From contig JBKJIT010000004.1 of NCBI GenBank assembly GCA_046598345.1, positions 137,226-201,225 of the forward strand: a DNA stretch of 64,000 bases, in the 5' to 3' direction. Within the stretch, counting starts at the first letter, position 1; each line of letters opens with the position of its first letter. Under the pieces are notes generated by a model. The model worked only from the letters and a program-made list of their open reading frames with translations, ran no database searches and had not been told where the DNA came from. Shown here piece by piece: positions 1 to 9,381 of the stretch. Made by a program: the position numbers and the translations under genes. The stretch is from Minisyncoccia bacterium. Lineage in GTDB: Bacteria > Patescibacteriota > Minisyncoccia > Phycocordibacterales > UBA918.

Positions 1-1453
1 ATTGAGCTTTTGAAACACGGGGGCCTGTGGCTGTGTCTTCGAGAGAATATCCTTTGAAGTTAATTGCTTCACGGATGCGATCAGCTTCATCCCAGTTTTG
101 CACCATACGAGCTGCTTCGCGCTGATCCAAAAGTGCTTGAATTTCTTCAGGTACTTCGTCGGGTTCGATGATACCAAGTTCGCGCACCACTTCGTCTGGG
201 TCATCAGAAAGGCCAAGGTCTAATACGGAATCTATTTCCTTCAGTGTCGCGACTTTGTCTCCTGGAGAAAGGGAACTGTCTTTCACAATTTCCCACATAA
301 GCGCAATCGCTTTGGGTGTATCAAGGTCGTCATTTATGGCGGCATGGAATTTCTTCCGGTATTCTTCGTTTATTTCACCCGCTGCATTTTTATACTCTTC
401 AAAAACGTACCGCTTCAGACGAAAGAGTGCTTGCTTACTTGCTTCGAGGGCCTCGAAGGTAAAGTTAATTGGAGCACGATAATGTGCCGTAAGGAGCCAG
501 TAGCGATATGTTTCTGGAGAAATGCCACGCTCCGCAAGATTCTTGAGGCGGATGCCATTTCCAAGAGATTTCGCAATCTTCGTTCCGTCAATTCCGAGGT
601 GCGCGTTATGGAGCCAGTACGAGACGTAGAGCTTGCCCGTTATCGCCTCAGCCTGGGCGATTTCACCATTGTGATGGGTATATTTAAGGTCTTCGCCCCC
701 TGTGTGCACATCAATTTGCTTCCCAAGAGTCGCAAATATCATAGCGGTACATTCGATATGCCATCCTGGGAAGCCTTTACCCCAGGCGCTGTCCCAACCC
801 AGAAGCCCCTTTTTCCAAAGTGCAAAATCTGCAGGGTGTTTCTTCTCTGTGTTAATCTCCACGCGAGCGCCGCTCCGCATCTTCTCCAGATCAATATTCC
901 CCAGTTTTCCGTACGTAGGGAATTTGGAAATATCGAAATAGACGCCGTCCGAGGTTTCATATGCGTAGCCTTTTTCAATCAGTGTCTGTATGAGTCGGAT
1001 TTGTTCTTCCACGTAATCGCTCGCAGGGGTGTACTTAGTTGGAGGAATATTTCTAAAATCAATATTGTCTTCTTTAAAAGAATCCATGTATGTTTCCGCT
1101 ACCTGACGCATCGCTGTGAGTGTGGCTGGAAGTCCTTCTCGCTTTAGTGCCTTCATCATTTTGTCTTCTCCAGCGTCACCATCATCGGAAAGGTGCCCAA
1201 AATCAGTAAAATTGATCACATGTTTTACGGTGTAGCCGTTATACATCGCAACGCGCTTAATGAGGTCAGGGAGTAGATATGCACGCAGATTACCGATGTG
1301 GATGTGGTCGTAGACAGTTGGCCCACATGAATACATCTTGAGTGTTCCTGGTGTAAGTGCTACAAACGCTTCAGATTTTCCTGTAAGCGAATTATAAAAA
1401 TAAAGTGGGAGACCTGGCACGGCTGCCTTTTTTTTCTCAAAAAATCCAAACAT
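1..1453 (-). CDS. cysS: Cysteinyl-tRNA synthetase, class I; C-terminus runs off the window edge
   Basis: Manual minus-strand translation begins MFGFFEKKKAAVPGLPLYFYNSLTGK... and contains HIGN-like 'HIHIGNLRAY' and KMSKS-like 'KIAKSLGN'. It was not in the ORF track because no stop falls inside the window. Confidence 0.85.
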   Translation of the reverse strand, partial: MFGFFEKKKAAVPGLPLYFYNSLTGKSEAFVALTPGTLKMYSCGPTVYDHIHIGNLRAYLLPDLIKRVAMYNGYTVKHVINFTDFGHLSDDGDAGEDKMMKALKREGLPATLTAMRQVAETYMDSFKEDNIDFRNIPPTKYTPASDYVEEQIRLIQTLIEKGYAYETSDGVYFDISKFPTYGKLGNIDLEKMRSGARVEINTEKKHPADFALWKKGLLGWDSAWGKGFPGWHIECTAMIFATLGKQIDVHTGGEDLKYTHHNGEIAQAEAITGKLYVSYWLHNAHLGIDGTKIAKSLGNGIRLKNLAERGISPETYRYWLLTAHYRAPINFTFEALEASKQALFRLKRYVFEEYKNAAGEINEEYRKKFHAAINDDLDTPKAIALMWEIVKDSSLSPGDKVATLKEIDSVLDLGLSDDPDEVVRELGIIEPDEVPEEIQALLDQREAARMVQNWDEADRIREAINFKGYSLEDTATGPRVSKAQ

Positions 1454-1515
1454 ATCTGTTAGTTTACCAAAAAATGGCTTACATGCGAACCCTCTTACGT
1501 TAGTCGGGTTACTTA

Positions 1516-1636
1516 GGATGTTTAAAAATGTATCAGATCCGCGGCGACAAAACACGAGAACGTGAGGCGTATACCCCATACGATGAGCGTTTGAGGGTTG
1601 CAGTCAATAAAGGAGCTGAGCGATTTTTAAACATCC
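1516..1636. repeat. 14-bp perfect inverted repeat (GGATGTTTAAAAAT ... ATTTTTAAACATCC) enclosing about 93 nt between corA and cysS
   Basis: Read directly from the sequence: arms at about 1516-1529 and 1623-1636. The enclosed segment contains a TTGACT -35-like hexamer on the minus strand. Confidence 0.5.
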
Positions 1637-2548
1637 TTAAAGCCAATGCTTGTATCGGAAAAACCCAAAAAAGCAAATAGTCGCACTCACCATAATTCCC
1701 ACAATAATCCAGAAATCCCATTCACCCCCGACGATAGGTGTGGATTCAGTATTCATACCGAATGTTGAGGTAAGGAGAGAAAGGGGAAAGGTAACGAACG
1801 CCATAATCGTAAGAATTTTCATAATCTCATTTTGCTTTGTGGTGAGGAGTGCAAAGTTTGTCTCGCGCAGATCGTTCAGTGCTTCAAAAAGAGCAGAAAT
1901 TCTTCTCAGGATATGACCGTAGCTATTAAGAAGGTTTTTAATGTCTTCCTCAAATGATTTTTTGTACACCTTCTCAAAGGGGACTGAGAGGTCTTCAAGC
2001 ACATCATCGTGTGTACGAATGACGTGTCTAAAAGTAATCATTTTTTTGCCCAGTTTTGAAATATCAAATACCACCTGCTTCTCTTCGTTTTGATCCACTC
2101 GTTCTTCAATTTCTGAAAGACGTGACTCTAGATAGTCGAGCTTTGATCCCATCGCAGCATACAGCTCACGCATGAGAAGTATAAAGAGATACGCGCCAGT
2201 AAGCTTTGTCTCTGTGCGATTTAATGTGGTCTGTACCTCAAACGATTTCTTAAATCGATCCGTTGCCTCCATGTCCTCATATTGCACAGTAATAAGTACA
2301 TTTTTTGCAATAATAAACTTAAGCTCGTGCGGATGTTTGATGTCGTTCCGTTTCACAATAGGGAAACTGAGCGTGACTTTGATGTACCCATCTACGCACG
2401 AAACACCACTCTGATTGGATTGGAGCGAGAGATCACTCGCAAAGGTAAGCGGGACACTATATTCGGTCAAGATTTCCTGAATCTCCTTAATAGTAGGTCG
2501 ATTAAGGACGACCCACGTCAACTTTCCCTGTGTCAAACGATCTATCAT
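1637..2548 (-). CDS. corA: Magnesium/cobalt transporter CorA
   Basis: 303 aa with two C-terminal TM helices and the CorA signature 'FGMN'. Confidence 0.85.
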   Translation of the reverse strand: MIDRLTQGKLTWVVLNRPTIKEIQEILTEYSVPLTFASDLSLQSNQSGVSCVDGYIKVTLSFPIVKRNDIKHPHELKFIIAKNVLITVQYEDMEATDRFKKSFEVQTTLNRTETKLTGAYLFILLMRELYAAMGSKLDYLESRLSEIEERVDQNEEKQVVFDISKLGKKMITFRHVIRTHDDVLEDLSVPFEKVYKKSFEEDIKNLLNSYGHILRRISALFEALNDLRETNFALLTTKQNEIMKILTIMAFVTFPLSLLTSTFGMNTESTPIVGGEWDFWIIVGIMVSATICFFGFFRYKHWL

Positions 2549-2623
2549 GCATATATGGTATCACGCATGTATGTGGGGTGAAGTTGTTTCTTGAATAAAC
2601 AGAGGATAGTGTGAGATAATCGA

Positions 2624-3910
2624 ATGACTATGATCGAAGAAAATATCACACACGCAAAGGACACTGAGATTGGTACCATTCCAAATGTTCGGGGAGGTCG
2701 CAGCTTTCCGCTTCTTGGTATTGGACTTGCGATACTTCTTGCAACAGCGACGTTTTTTTCAGGTATGTATTTGGCCTCAGGTCCAAAGCTTGAAGCGAGT
2801 GTCGGATCGTTTTTCTTGCCACCAGTTGCTGACCCGACAATAAACCTTGATGAATTTTGGCAGGTGTGGAAGTTGCTCGAAGAAAAATTTGCTGCGGGAA
2901 CAACAACGGATCCGATTTCAAATGAGGAACGAATATATGGAGCCATTGAGGGACTTGTTGCGTCCTATGGTGACCCGTACACCGTATTTTTACCACCTAA
3001 GCAAGCAGAACTTTTCGAAGACGATATTTCCGGCAATTTTAGTGGGGTAGGTATGGAGGTGGGTATCCGTGATGATATCCTAACGGTCATTGCGCCGCTT
3101 CCTGAATCTCCAGCAGAAAAGGCAGGTATTCTTGCAGGGGATTACATTGTTCGTATTGATGGAACACAAACAGAGAACATGAGTGTTGACGAGGCGGTGC
3201 GGCTCATTCGAGGAGAAAAAGGAACTGAAGTGAAACTTACGCTCCTCCGTAAAGATACTGAAGAACTCATTGATATTTCCATTGTGCGAGACACGATTTC
3301 AATTCCTACCAGTAAGACTGAGATAAAGGATTCTGTCTTTGTTATTTCACTCTACAGCTTCAATGCGCTTGCGGAGGCAGAGATGCAGGATGCTCTTCGT
3401 CAGTTTGTAAAAAGTGGAAAAAAGCGTCTCGTGCTCGATCTTCGAGGAAACCCTGGTGGGTACTTACAGGGTGCAGTTGGGATTGCGAGTTATTTCCTTC
3501 CCGTTGGAAAAGTGGTGGTGCGAGAAAGCTTCAGTGAGAGCGAAGAGGAGCATGTGTATAGGAGTACCGGAAAAGTAGTAGGAAACTTCAATCCAGACAA
3601 CTTTGTTGTGCTCGTCGACGGTGGTTCAGCCTCCGCCTCAGAGATTCTCGCTGGTGCGTTAAAAGAGCAGGGAGTAGCAACGATTATTGGAGAGCAGACT
3701 TTTGGAAAAGGTTCTGTCCAGGAACTCGTAAATCTTTCGGACGGCTCTTCACTTAAGGTCACAATCGCAAGGTGGCTTACACCAAACGGAACTTCCATTT
3801 CGCTCCAAGGCCTTGCACCAACCATTGAAGTTCTACGTACCGCTGAAGATAGAGAGGCAGAAAAGGATCCTCAGCTTGACGCCGCAATTGATTTCTTGAA
3901 AAAACACTAG
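2624..3910 (+). CDS. ctpA: Carboxyl-terminal processing protease (S41 family) with PDZ domain, N-terminal membrane anchor
   Basis: 428 aa. The segment 'GVGMEVG...ESPAEKAGILAGDYIVRIDG' is PDZ-like, and 'LVLDLRGNPGG...VLVDGGSASASEI' matches the S41 catalytic region. Confidence 0.85.
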   Translation: MTMIEENITHAKDTEIGTIPNVRGGRSFPLLGIGLAILLATATFFSGMYLASGPKLEASVGSFFLPPVADPTINLDEFWQVWKLLEEKFAAGTTTDPISNEERIYGAIEGLVASYGDPYTVFLPPKQAELFEDDISGNFSGVGMEVGIRDDILTVIAPLPESPAEKAGILAGDYIVRIDGTQTENMSVDEAVRLIRGEKGTEVKLTLLRKDTEELIDISIVRDTISIPTSKTEIKDSVFVISLYSFNALAEAEMQDALRQFVKSGKKRLVLDLRGNPGGYLQGAVGIASYFLPVGKVVVRESFSESEEEHVYRSTGKVVGNFNPDNFVVLVDGGSASASEILAGALKEQGVATIIGEQTFGKGSVQELVNLSDGSSLKVTIARWLTPNGTSISLQGLAPTIEVLRTAEDREAEKDPQLDAAIDFLKKH

Positions 3911-3984
3911 ACCACAGGGTGCATTTGAAGCCCAGCGTGAGTTTGATATGATAGCGCGTACACCATTACTAGGTAACCCGGCGT

Positions 3985-4425
3985 ATGAAAGTAATACTCT
4001 TAAAAGATGTGGCCCGCATGGGGCGTCGCGGGGAAATAAAGGAGCTTCCGTCCGGCCATGCGCTTAATTTTCTGATACCTCGAAAGCTTGCAGTTCCTGC
4101 AACGCCAGAAAACCTGAAGCGTCAGCAAGCCCTAATTACAAAGCATAAGGAAACAGCAGAAGCATCGCAAGCTTCATTTAAAGATGCTCTCGCAATGCTG
4201 GCTACAACACCAGTCGAGCTCGCGGCAACTGCGAACGCTAAGGGTCACCTTTTTAAAGGAATCAAGGCGACAGATATCAGTGAGCGACTCCTTGAGCTTG
4301 GGTTTCATATTTCTCCGGAATCCATACATCTTACGGAGCCACTTAAGGCAGTGGGCACGCATGAAGTACCCCTCGTAGCGGGGAAGGAGAAAGGATCATT
4401 CACACTTACAATAATTCAAAAATAA
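3985..4425 (+). CDS. rplI: 50S ribosomal protein L9
   Basis: 146 aa with the typical L9 N-terminus 'MKVILLKDV...G..G'. Confidence 0.9.
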   Translation: MKVILLKDVARMGRRGEIKELPSGHALNFLIPRKLAVPATPENLKRQQALITKHKETAEASQASFKDALAMLATTPVELAATANAKGHLFKGIKATDISERLLELGFHISPESIHLTEPLKAVGTHEVPLVAGKEKGSFTLTIIQK

Positions 4426-4427
4426 CC

Positions 4428-5141
4428 ATGGCAAGTATGAAACAGGTGTTAGGCGTTATTGGAGTCTCTATTCTCATTGTCGGGCTTATTGGATTCTGGG
4501 TAGAATCCAAGCAGGTACCAACAGAAACACCGCTTCTTGCAAACAACGACACACTCCCCGCGCCGCTTGTTGCAGAAGAGCTTGAAATTAATCATCCAGA
4601 TATCACAAATTCTATGAATAGCATTGCAACCGTAGAGACAAATAAAGGCATTATTAAGCTTGAGCTCTTTGAAGATCAGATGCCGATTACAACCGGTAAC
4701 TTCATTAAGCTTGCAAATGAGGGATTCTACAATAACACTAAGTTTCACCGTGTGATTGATGGATTTATGATTCAAGGAGGAGATCCAAACACAAAGACAG
4801 CGAACGTGCAGTCATATGGAACGGGTGGACCAGGGTATACCATTCAGGACGAATTCGTTGCTGGTGAACTCCTTACCAACACGCGCGGTACGATTGCAAT
4901 GGCAAACACGGGTCAACCCAATTCCGGAGGAAGTCAGTTTTTCATTAACACAATCGACAATACACAGCTCGACTTTGATAAGCCACCATTTACATCTCGC
5001 CACCCTGTATTCGGCCGGGTGATTGAAGGAATGGATATCGTGGATGCAATTAGCGGTGTAGAAGTAAACCCGCAATCAAATCTTCCGCTTGAAGCGATTA
5101 CAATTAGTGGAGTAACAATTACAAAACCAGACGCAGAATAA
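4428..5141 (+). CDS. ppiB: Peptidyl-prolyl cis-trans isomerase, cyclophilin type, membrane-anchored
   Basis: Cyclophilin motifs 'FHRVIDGFMIQGGD' and 'GTIAMANTGQPNSGGSQFFIN' follow an N-terminal TM segment. Confidence 0.85.
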   Translation: MASMKQVLGVIGVSILIVGLIGFWVESKQVPTETPLLANNDTLPAPLVAEELEINHPDITNSMNSIATVETNKGIIKLELFEDQMPITTGNFIKLANEGFYNNTKFHRVIDGFMIQGGDPNTKTANVQSYGTGGPGYTIQDEFVAGELLTNTRGTIAMANTGQPNSGGSQFFINTIDNTQLDFDKPPFTSRHPVFGRVIEGMDIVDAISGVEVNPQSNLPLEAITISGVTITKPDAE

Positions 5142-5147
5142 AGGCGT

Positions 5148-5198
5148 AGTAAGCAAAAAAATCCCCGGCGCCTTGCGCCAGGGATTTTTTTGCTTACT
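5148..5198. terminator. Bidirectional rho-independent terminator (17-bp stem, nested GC clamp) shared by ppiB (+) and rpmA (-)
   Basis: The sequence gtaagcaaaaaaatcccCGGCGCCTTGCGCCAGgggatttttttgcttac is a perfect palindromic stem with U/A tracts on both sides. It overlaps the rpmA stop codon. Confidence 0.7.
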
Positions 5199-5478
5199 TA
5201 GTAGCAGCCTGAATGCTCACGATTTTCTTAGATTTGATCGTACCATCGAAATGTACCTTACGGACATTCTTGAAAGACACCTTTCCAGGAGTGAGTGCAA
5301 AGAGTGTGTGGTCAATACCGACAGATACATTTTTTCCTGCCATGATTCGGGTACCACGCTGACGCACGATAATATCTCCAGGCTTTACAGTCTGACCATC
5401 AGATCGCTTAACACCCAAATATTTTGGATTTGAGTCGCGTAGGTTTTTTGCTGATCCTCCAGCTTTTTTGGTTGCCAT
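5194..5478 (-). CDS. rpmA: 50S ribosomal protein L27
   Basis: 94 aa with the L27 motifs 'RQRGT...G.NVG.G.DHTLFAL'. Confidence 0.92.
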   Translation of the reverse strand: MATKKAGGSAKNLRDSNPKYLGVKRSDGQTVKPGDIIVRQRGTRIMAGKNVSVGIDHTLFALTPGKVSFKNVRKVHFDGTIKSKKIVSIQAATK

Positions 5479-5545
5479 GGTGTGTTAAGGGGTAAAGCGA
5501 TCCGTAGATGCATTTCTCCCGTCTCTAATACTGTATAATAATCGC

Positions 5546-5983
5546 GTGAGTATACAAGAAATACGTGAAAATATCAAGCGATTCATAGGGAATCCAGATA
5601 TGGTTACCACACTCCTCCTTGTGCTCGTTTCAGTAGCTTCTTTTGGTCTTGGGCGTGTGTCTGCCCTACAGGGATTTCCCTGGGATGAGGGACAAAATAC
5701 GGCAGCAATAACCCCTATTCCGGTCTCAATTGACCCACTTGAGATTAAAGCCGTACAAGCCGTTGGAACAGTGGAAAGCGGAGTGGTGTCTGAAGTGGCA
5801 CCTCCGGCAGAAACCCCTGTTTCAGCAAAACAGTATGTAGGCTCAAGGAATGGTACAAAATACCACCTCCCATGGTGTGCTGGAGCAAAGCAAATTAAAG
5901 AAGAAAATAAGGTTTGGTTTGGCACGAAAGGGGAGGCTGAGAAGGCAGGGTATGCCCCTGCCTCCAACTGCAAAGGAATCTAA
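5546..5983 (+). CDS. Membrane-anchored hypothetical protein with a C-terminal Ada-like metal-binding domain that retains only 2 of 4 Cys
   Basis: The C-terminus 'KYHLPWCAGAKQIKEENKVWFGTKGEAEKAGYAPASNC' aligns with the Ada N-terminal Zn-binding motif (FCRPSC...N..F....EA..AGFRPCKRC). Confidence 0.5.
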   Translation: MSIQEIRENIKRFIGNPDMVTTLLLVLVSVASFGLGRVSALQGFPWDEGQNTAAITPIPVSIDPLEIKAVQAVGTVESGVVSEVAPPAETPVSAKQYVGSRNGTKYHLPWCAGAKQIKEENKVWFGTKGEAEKAGYAPASNCKGI

Positions 5984-6409
5984 ATTCAATGTAAGGGCAA
6001 TCTGCTTTGTTGCCTGCATCATTTTTGTTTTCAACGTATAGGCATACGCCTCAAACAAAAATGACTTGTCGCCGCGCATCTCGCTCCTTACATAGAATTT
6101 ACCTCAAAGTTTCCGTCGCGTTTCGATCATTTGCTCCACGCGCTGTAAGAAACCACAGCATGGTCACCCTCTCTACGAGAGCAGTACACCTTTCGCAATA
6201 ACCGCTCAAGGATCTTGCGAAGCTCCAGGTATTCGCTTCTCACCTCGTTCGCGCCTCGGACTGCCTCCAAATCTGTGAGTTAGATTAGATTGCTTTAAAA
6301 ATGCTTGCCGCCTCGTGTCTGCAGACCTCGAAAAAGTTTTTTAAGTCCTTGTGGATTGAATATGCTATGATTTTAATCTTATTAGGCGCTATTTAAAATT
6401 CATAATAAC
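5984..6409. other. 426-nt ORF-free, GC-balanced intergenic block; candidate structured ncRNA or decayed gene
   Basis: No ORF of 80 aa or more in any frame. The minus strand carries an RNase-P-CR-I-like stretch GGAGGCAGUCCGAGGCGC but no CR-V/P4 partner. No tmRNA or SRP consensus was found. Confidence 0.2.
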
Positions 6410-7144
6410 TTGATGGCATGGCTCGTAAAAGCAAAGAAGTATCTTTTCGAGATACTTCAAGTCTTAATGGCTACACTTCAGCCATTTTTTAAAAAATACC
6501 TCACCTGTAAATTGGTTAGCTTAGTAATAGGAGTTACGTCGCTCATTTTATTGATTGTGATCTTCGCTTCATATTTTCTCGTGCATCACGAGGCTTCAAC
6601 GTATATTTATACATCAATTTCGGATCTGCCAGATGCACAGGCTGTACTTATACCCGGTGCGGCAATATTACCTGATGGAGTTCTCTCTCCCGTCTTAAAA
6701 GATCGCGTAGATACAGCAATCGAAGTGTATCGTGCTGGGAAAGTCTCAAAAATCTTGGTGACCGGTGACAACAGTACACTCGCTTACAATGAGGTAAATC
6801 CCGTTAGACTCTATCTTCTTGAAAAGGAAGTGCCTGACGAAGATATTTTCCTCGACCACGCTGGATTTAATACCTACAGTAGTATGTATCGTGCACGGGA
6901 CGTTTTCTTGGTTGAATCAATGATTATTGTGACACAGTCATTTCATCTCTCGCGTGCAGTGTATACGGCAAAACATCTTGGTTTTACCGCTTTTGGCATA
7001 AGTGCTGATCAGGGACAGTATCTACAATCAAATTACACACGGGAGCTTTTTGCTAATGTAAAACTTATGATTGATCTTCTTTTTCATACCCAGCCAAAGT
7101 TTCTGGGTGATGAAATTCCCATAACCGGGGGTGGAACCATATGA
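6410..7144 (+). CDS. SanA/YdcF/ElyC family (DUF218) membrane protein
   Basis: N-terminal TM helix followed by a DUF218 core ('AVLIPGAAILPDG...ILVTGDNS...'). Confidence 0.75.
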   Translation: MMAWLVKAKKYLFEILQVLMATLQPFFKKYLTCKLVSLVIGVTSLILLIVIFASYFLVHHEASTYIYTSISDLPDAQAVLIPGAAILPDGVLSPVLKDRVDTAIEVYRAGKVSKILVTGDNSTLAYNEVNPVRLYLLEKEVPDEDIFLDHAGFNTYSSMYRARDVFLVESMIIVTQSFHLSRAVYTAKHLGFTAFGISADQGQYLQSNYTRELFANVKLMIDLLFHTQPKFLGDEIPITGGGTI

Positions 7145-7160
7145 GAGAAGGAAAGATAAC

Positions 7161-7850
7161 TTACCACTCGATCGGCTTTTGGACGTGAGCTTCTAAATAC
7201 TCATTCGTTTTACTAAAATGCCTGCAGCTGAAAAAGCCATTATACGCAGAGAAAGGGGAAGGGTGCGCAGCTTTCAGTACACAGTGTTTTGTAGGATCTA
7301 TTAAATATTCTTTGCTCTGTGCGAATTTACCCCAAAGTATAAAAACCACATGTTCTTTTTCCTCTGAGACTTTCTTAATGACCGCATCCGTAAACTCCTC
7401 CCAACCGAGTCCTTGATGTGATCCGGGTTTGTTTGCCTCTACCGTGAGCGTTGCATTCAAAAGCAACACACCTTGCTCTGACCATGCCTCAAGGTTACCG
7501 GTCTCGGGAATTACTTTACCGACATCGTTTCGTAATTCCTTGTAAATGTTTTGAAGTGATGGGGGAACTTTGACACCTTCTTGCACCGAAAAACTAAGCC
7601 CATGCGCCTGACCTTTCCCGTGGTATGGATCCTGTCCAATAATAACTACTTTAACTTTTTCAAACGGGCAAAGTTTAAATGCATTAAATACAAGATTTAG
7701 GGGAGGGAAGACAGTTCTCTCTAAATACTGAGAACGTATGGATTGTGATAGAGCCACAAAATAGGGAGCTTTAAACTCGTCCTCAAGAATTTTTTTCCAT
7801 GATTCTTCCATTTTCACGCTCATATGGTGCTCATTGTATATGAAACGCAA
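7161..7850 (-). CDS. ung: Uracil-DNA glycosylase, family 1
   Basis: Motifs 'KVVIIGQDPYHG' and 'GVLLLNATLTV' plus a C-terminal 'HPSPLSA'-like 'HPSPFSAYNGF'. The true start may be an internal Met (MSVKMEESW...). Confidence 0.9.
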   Translation of the reverse strand: MRFIYNEHHMSVKMEESWKKILEDEFKAPYFVALSQSIRSQYLERTVFPPLNLVFNAFKLCPFEKVKVVIIGQDPYHGKGQAHGLSFSVQEGVKVPPSLQNIYKELRNDVGKVIPETGNLEAWSEQGVLLLNATLTVEANKPGSHQGLGWEEFTDAVIKKVSEEKEHVVFILWGKFAQSKEYLIDPTKHCVLKAAHPSPFSAYNGFFSCRHFSKTNEYLEAHVQKPIEW

Positions 7851-7906
7851 AAGGTGCCAAGACGGATATTCCGCATTCTGTATTATGAATATGATATTCT
7901 ATAGCC

Positions 7907-8500
7907 ATGATAATCATCGACATCGAGGCTTCGGGGACAAATTACGAGAAACATTCGATTGTTTCCTTGGCGGCGCTAGATATTGAGAATCCGGAGAATC
8001 GCATGTATGAAGAGTGTCGAATTTGGGACGGCGCACATATATCTCCAGAGTCGCTCGCAATTAGTGGGTTTAGTGAGGAAGAGGCGCGTGATCCTCAAAA
8101 GAAGTCAGAAGGGGAGGTAGTCCGCATGTTTTTAGAGTGGTCTCAGCACTTTGCAGATCGAACACTTGTCGGTCAGAATGTTTCATTCGATCGTGATTTC
8201 CTCAGGGCAGCATCCGAGCGAGAGGGACTTTCTTGGGATTTGGCACACCGAACGCTCGACACTCATTCATTTTGCTACATGCACATGGTGAAGCGTGGCA
8301 TAACGCCACCCATTGACCCCGATCATCGCAGATCAGCGCTCAACATGGATGCAGTACTGAACTATTGTGGTATTCCTGATGAACCTCAACCTCATAACGC
8401 ACTTACGGGAGCTCTTTGCCACGCTGAAGTTGTATCCCGACTTCTGTACAACAAAAAATTACTCCCTGAATTTGACGCATTTCCTATACCTTGGAACTAA
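7907..8500 (+). CDS. DEDDh 3'-5' exonuclease (DnaQ/epsilon-like)
   Basis: 'IIIDIEASG' (Exo I), 'GQNVSFDRDFL' (Exo II) and 'HNALTGALCHAEVV' (Exo III). Confidence 0.7.
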   Translation: MIIIDIEASGTNYEKHSIVSLAALDIENPENRMYEECRIWDGAHISPESLAISGFSEEEARDPQKKSEGEVVRMFLEWSQHFADRTLVGQNVSFDRDFLRAASEREGLSWDLAHRTLDTHSFCYMHMVKRGITPPIDPDHRRSALNMDAVLNYCGIPDEPQPHNALTGALCHAEVVSRLLYNKKLLPEFDAFPIPWN

Positions 8501-8696
8501 GACCATTCGCTGTCCACGACATTTTTGATGCGTACGTAGTCCGAGTGAAGGCACGTGGTACTATATATTCATGAGTTCACCGAAAACTTCTGGAGGAATC
8601 ATTCCATCATTTGCCCTTCCTAAGGCACAGGCGATTTTTCCAACTTTTTCTCCAAAAAAGAAAAAAAGTAAAACTCCTGAAGGCCGACAAAAGAAA

Positions 8697-9377
8697 ATGC
8701 ATTGTCGTGTGATGACTGATCTCTTTGAGACTGATGATGCTGTGCAGTCATGGCGCGTTTTTCGCATCATGTCTGAATTTGTTCAAGGATTTGAAGTCCT
8801 CCGAAAGTATGGAACTGCCGCCACGTTCTTTGGAAGTGCGCGTACGTTGCCCGGAGAAGTATCCTATAAAGCGGCAGAAGAGCTTGCTGCACGTCTTGCA
8901 AAGAATGGCTTTGCAATCATTACCGGCGGCGGTCCAGGAATTATGGAAGCGGCAAATGTCGGTGCGTACAAGGTGGGCGGATTGTCAGTAGGACTTAATA
9001 TCGAACTCCCTATGGAGCAGAAGCTTAATCCGTACGTAACTGAATCTGAAAATTTCCATTTCTTCTTTTCACGAAAGGTTATGCTCTCATTTGCATCGGA
9101 AGTCTATGTGTATTTCCCAGGAGGTTTCGGTACACTCGATGAACTTTTTGAAATTATTACGCTTATTCAGACTAAGAAAATCAGTAAAATTCCGGTTGTA
9201 CTCTACGGAAAGGAGTTTTGGACTCCACTTCTTACTTTCATGCGGAATGGACTCGGAAAGGAGTTTAAGACGATCACACCTGAAGACATGGATCTCATGC
9301 ATCTCGTTGACTCTGTCGATGAAGCATATGCATATATTACGAAGCATGTAGAGCCAGTTTCCGAGCGGCAAGTGTAA
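8697..9377 (+). CDS. LOG family protein, type II (cytokinin riboside 5'-monophosphate phosphoribohydrolase-like / TIGR00730)
   Basis: 'SWRVFRIMSEFVQGFE', 'ATFFGSAR', 'GGGPGIMEAAN' and 'PGGFGTLDELFE'. The track ORF begins at 8571, but the upstream 40 aa look non-coding, so the start is placed at MHCRV/MTDLF. Confidence 0.8.
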   Translation: MHCRVMTDLFETDDAVQSWRVFRIMSEFVQGFEVLRKYGTAATFFGSARTLPGEVSYKAAEELAARLAKNGFAIITGGGPGIMEAANVGAYKVGGLSVGLNIELPMEQKLNPYVTESENFHFFFSRKVMLSFASEVYVYFPGGFGTLDELFEIITLIQTKKISKIPVVLYGKEFWTPLLTFMRNGLGKEFKTITPEDMDLMHLVDSVDEAYAYITKHVEPVSERQV

Positions 9378-9381
9378 GTCT

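Noticed and set aside
344-1147. Plus-strand 267-aa ORF and other plus-strand ORFs inside cysS (168..482, 702..941)
   Set aside because: The opposite strand encodes an unambiguous CysRS with class-I motifs. The plus-strand translations are low-complexity and Cys/Phe-rich.
5984-6409. RNase P RNA on the minus strand (GGAGGCAGUCCGAGGCGC resembles CR-I)
   Set aside because: No CR-V (ACAGAANCCGGCUUA) and no sequence able to pair with the CR-I-like segment to form P4. It is kept only as an unclassified ncRNA candidate.
8561-8770. Minus-strand 69-aa ORF and the N-terminal 42 aa of the 8571 ORF upstream of the LOG gene
   Set aside because: Poly-Phe/Lys low-complexity stretches. The LOG family N-terminus aligns from MHCRV/MTDLF onward.
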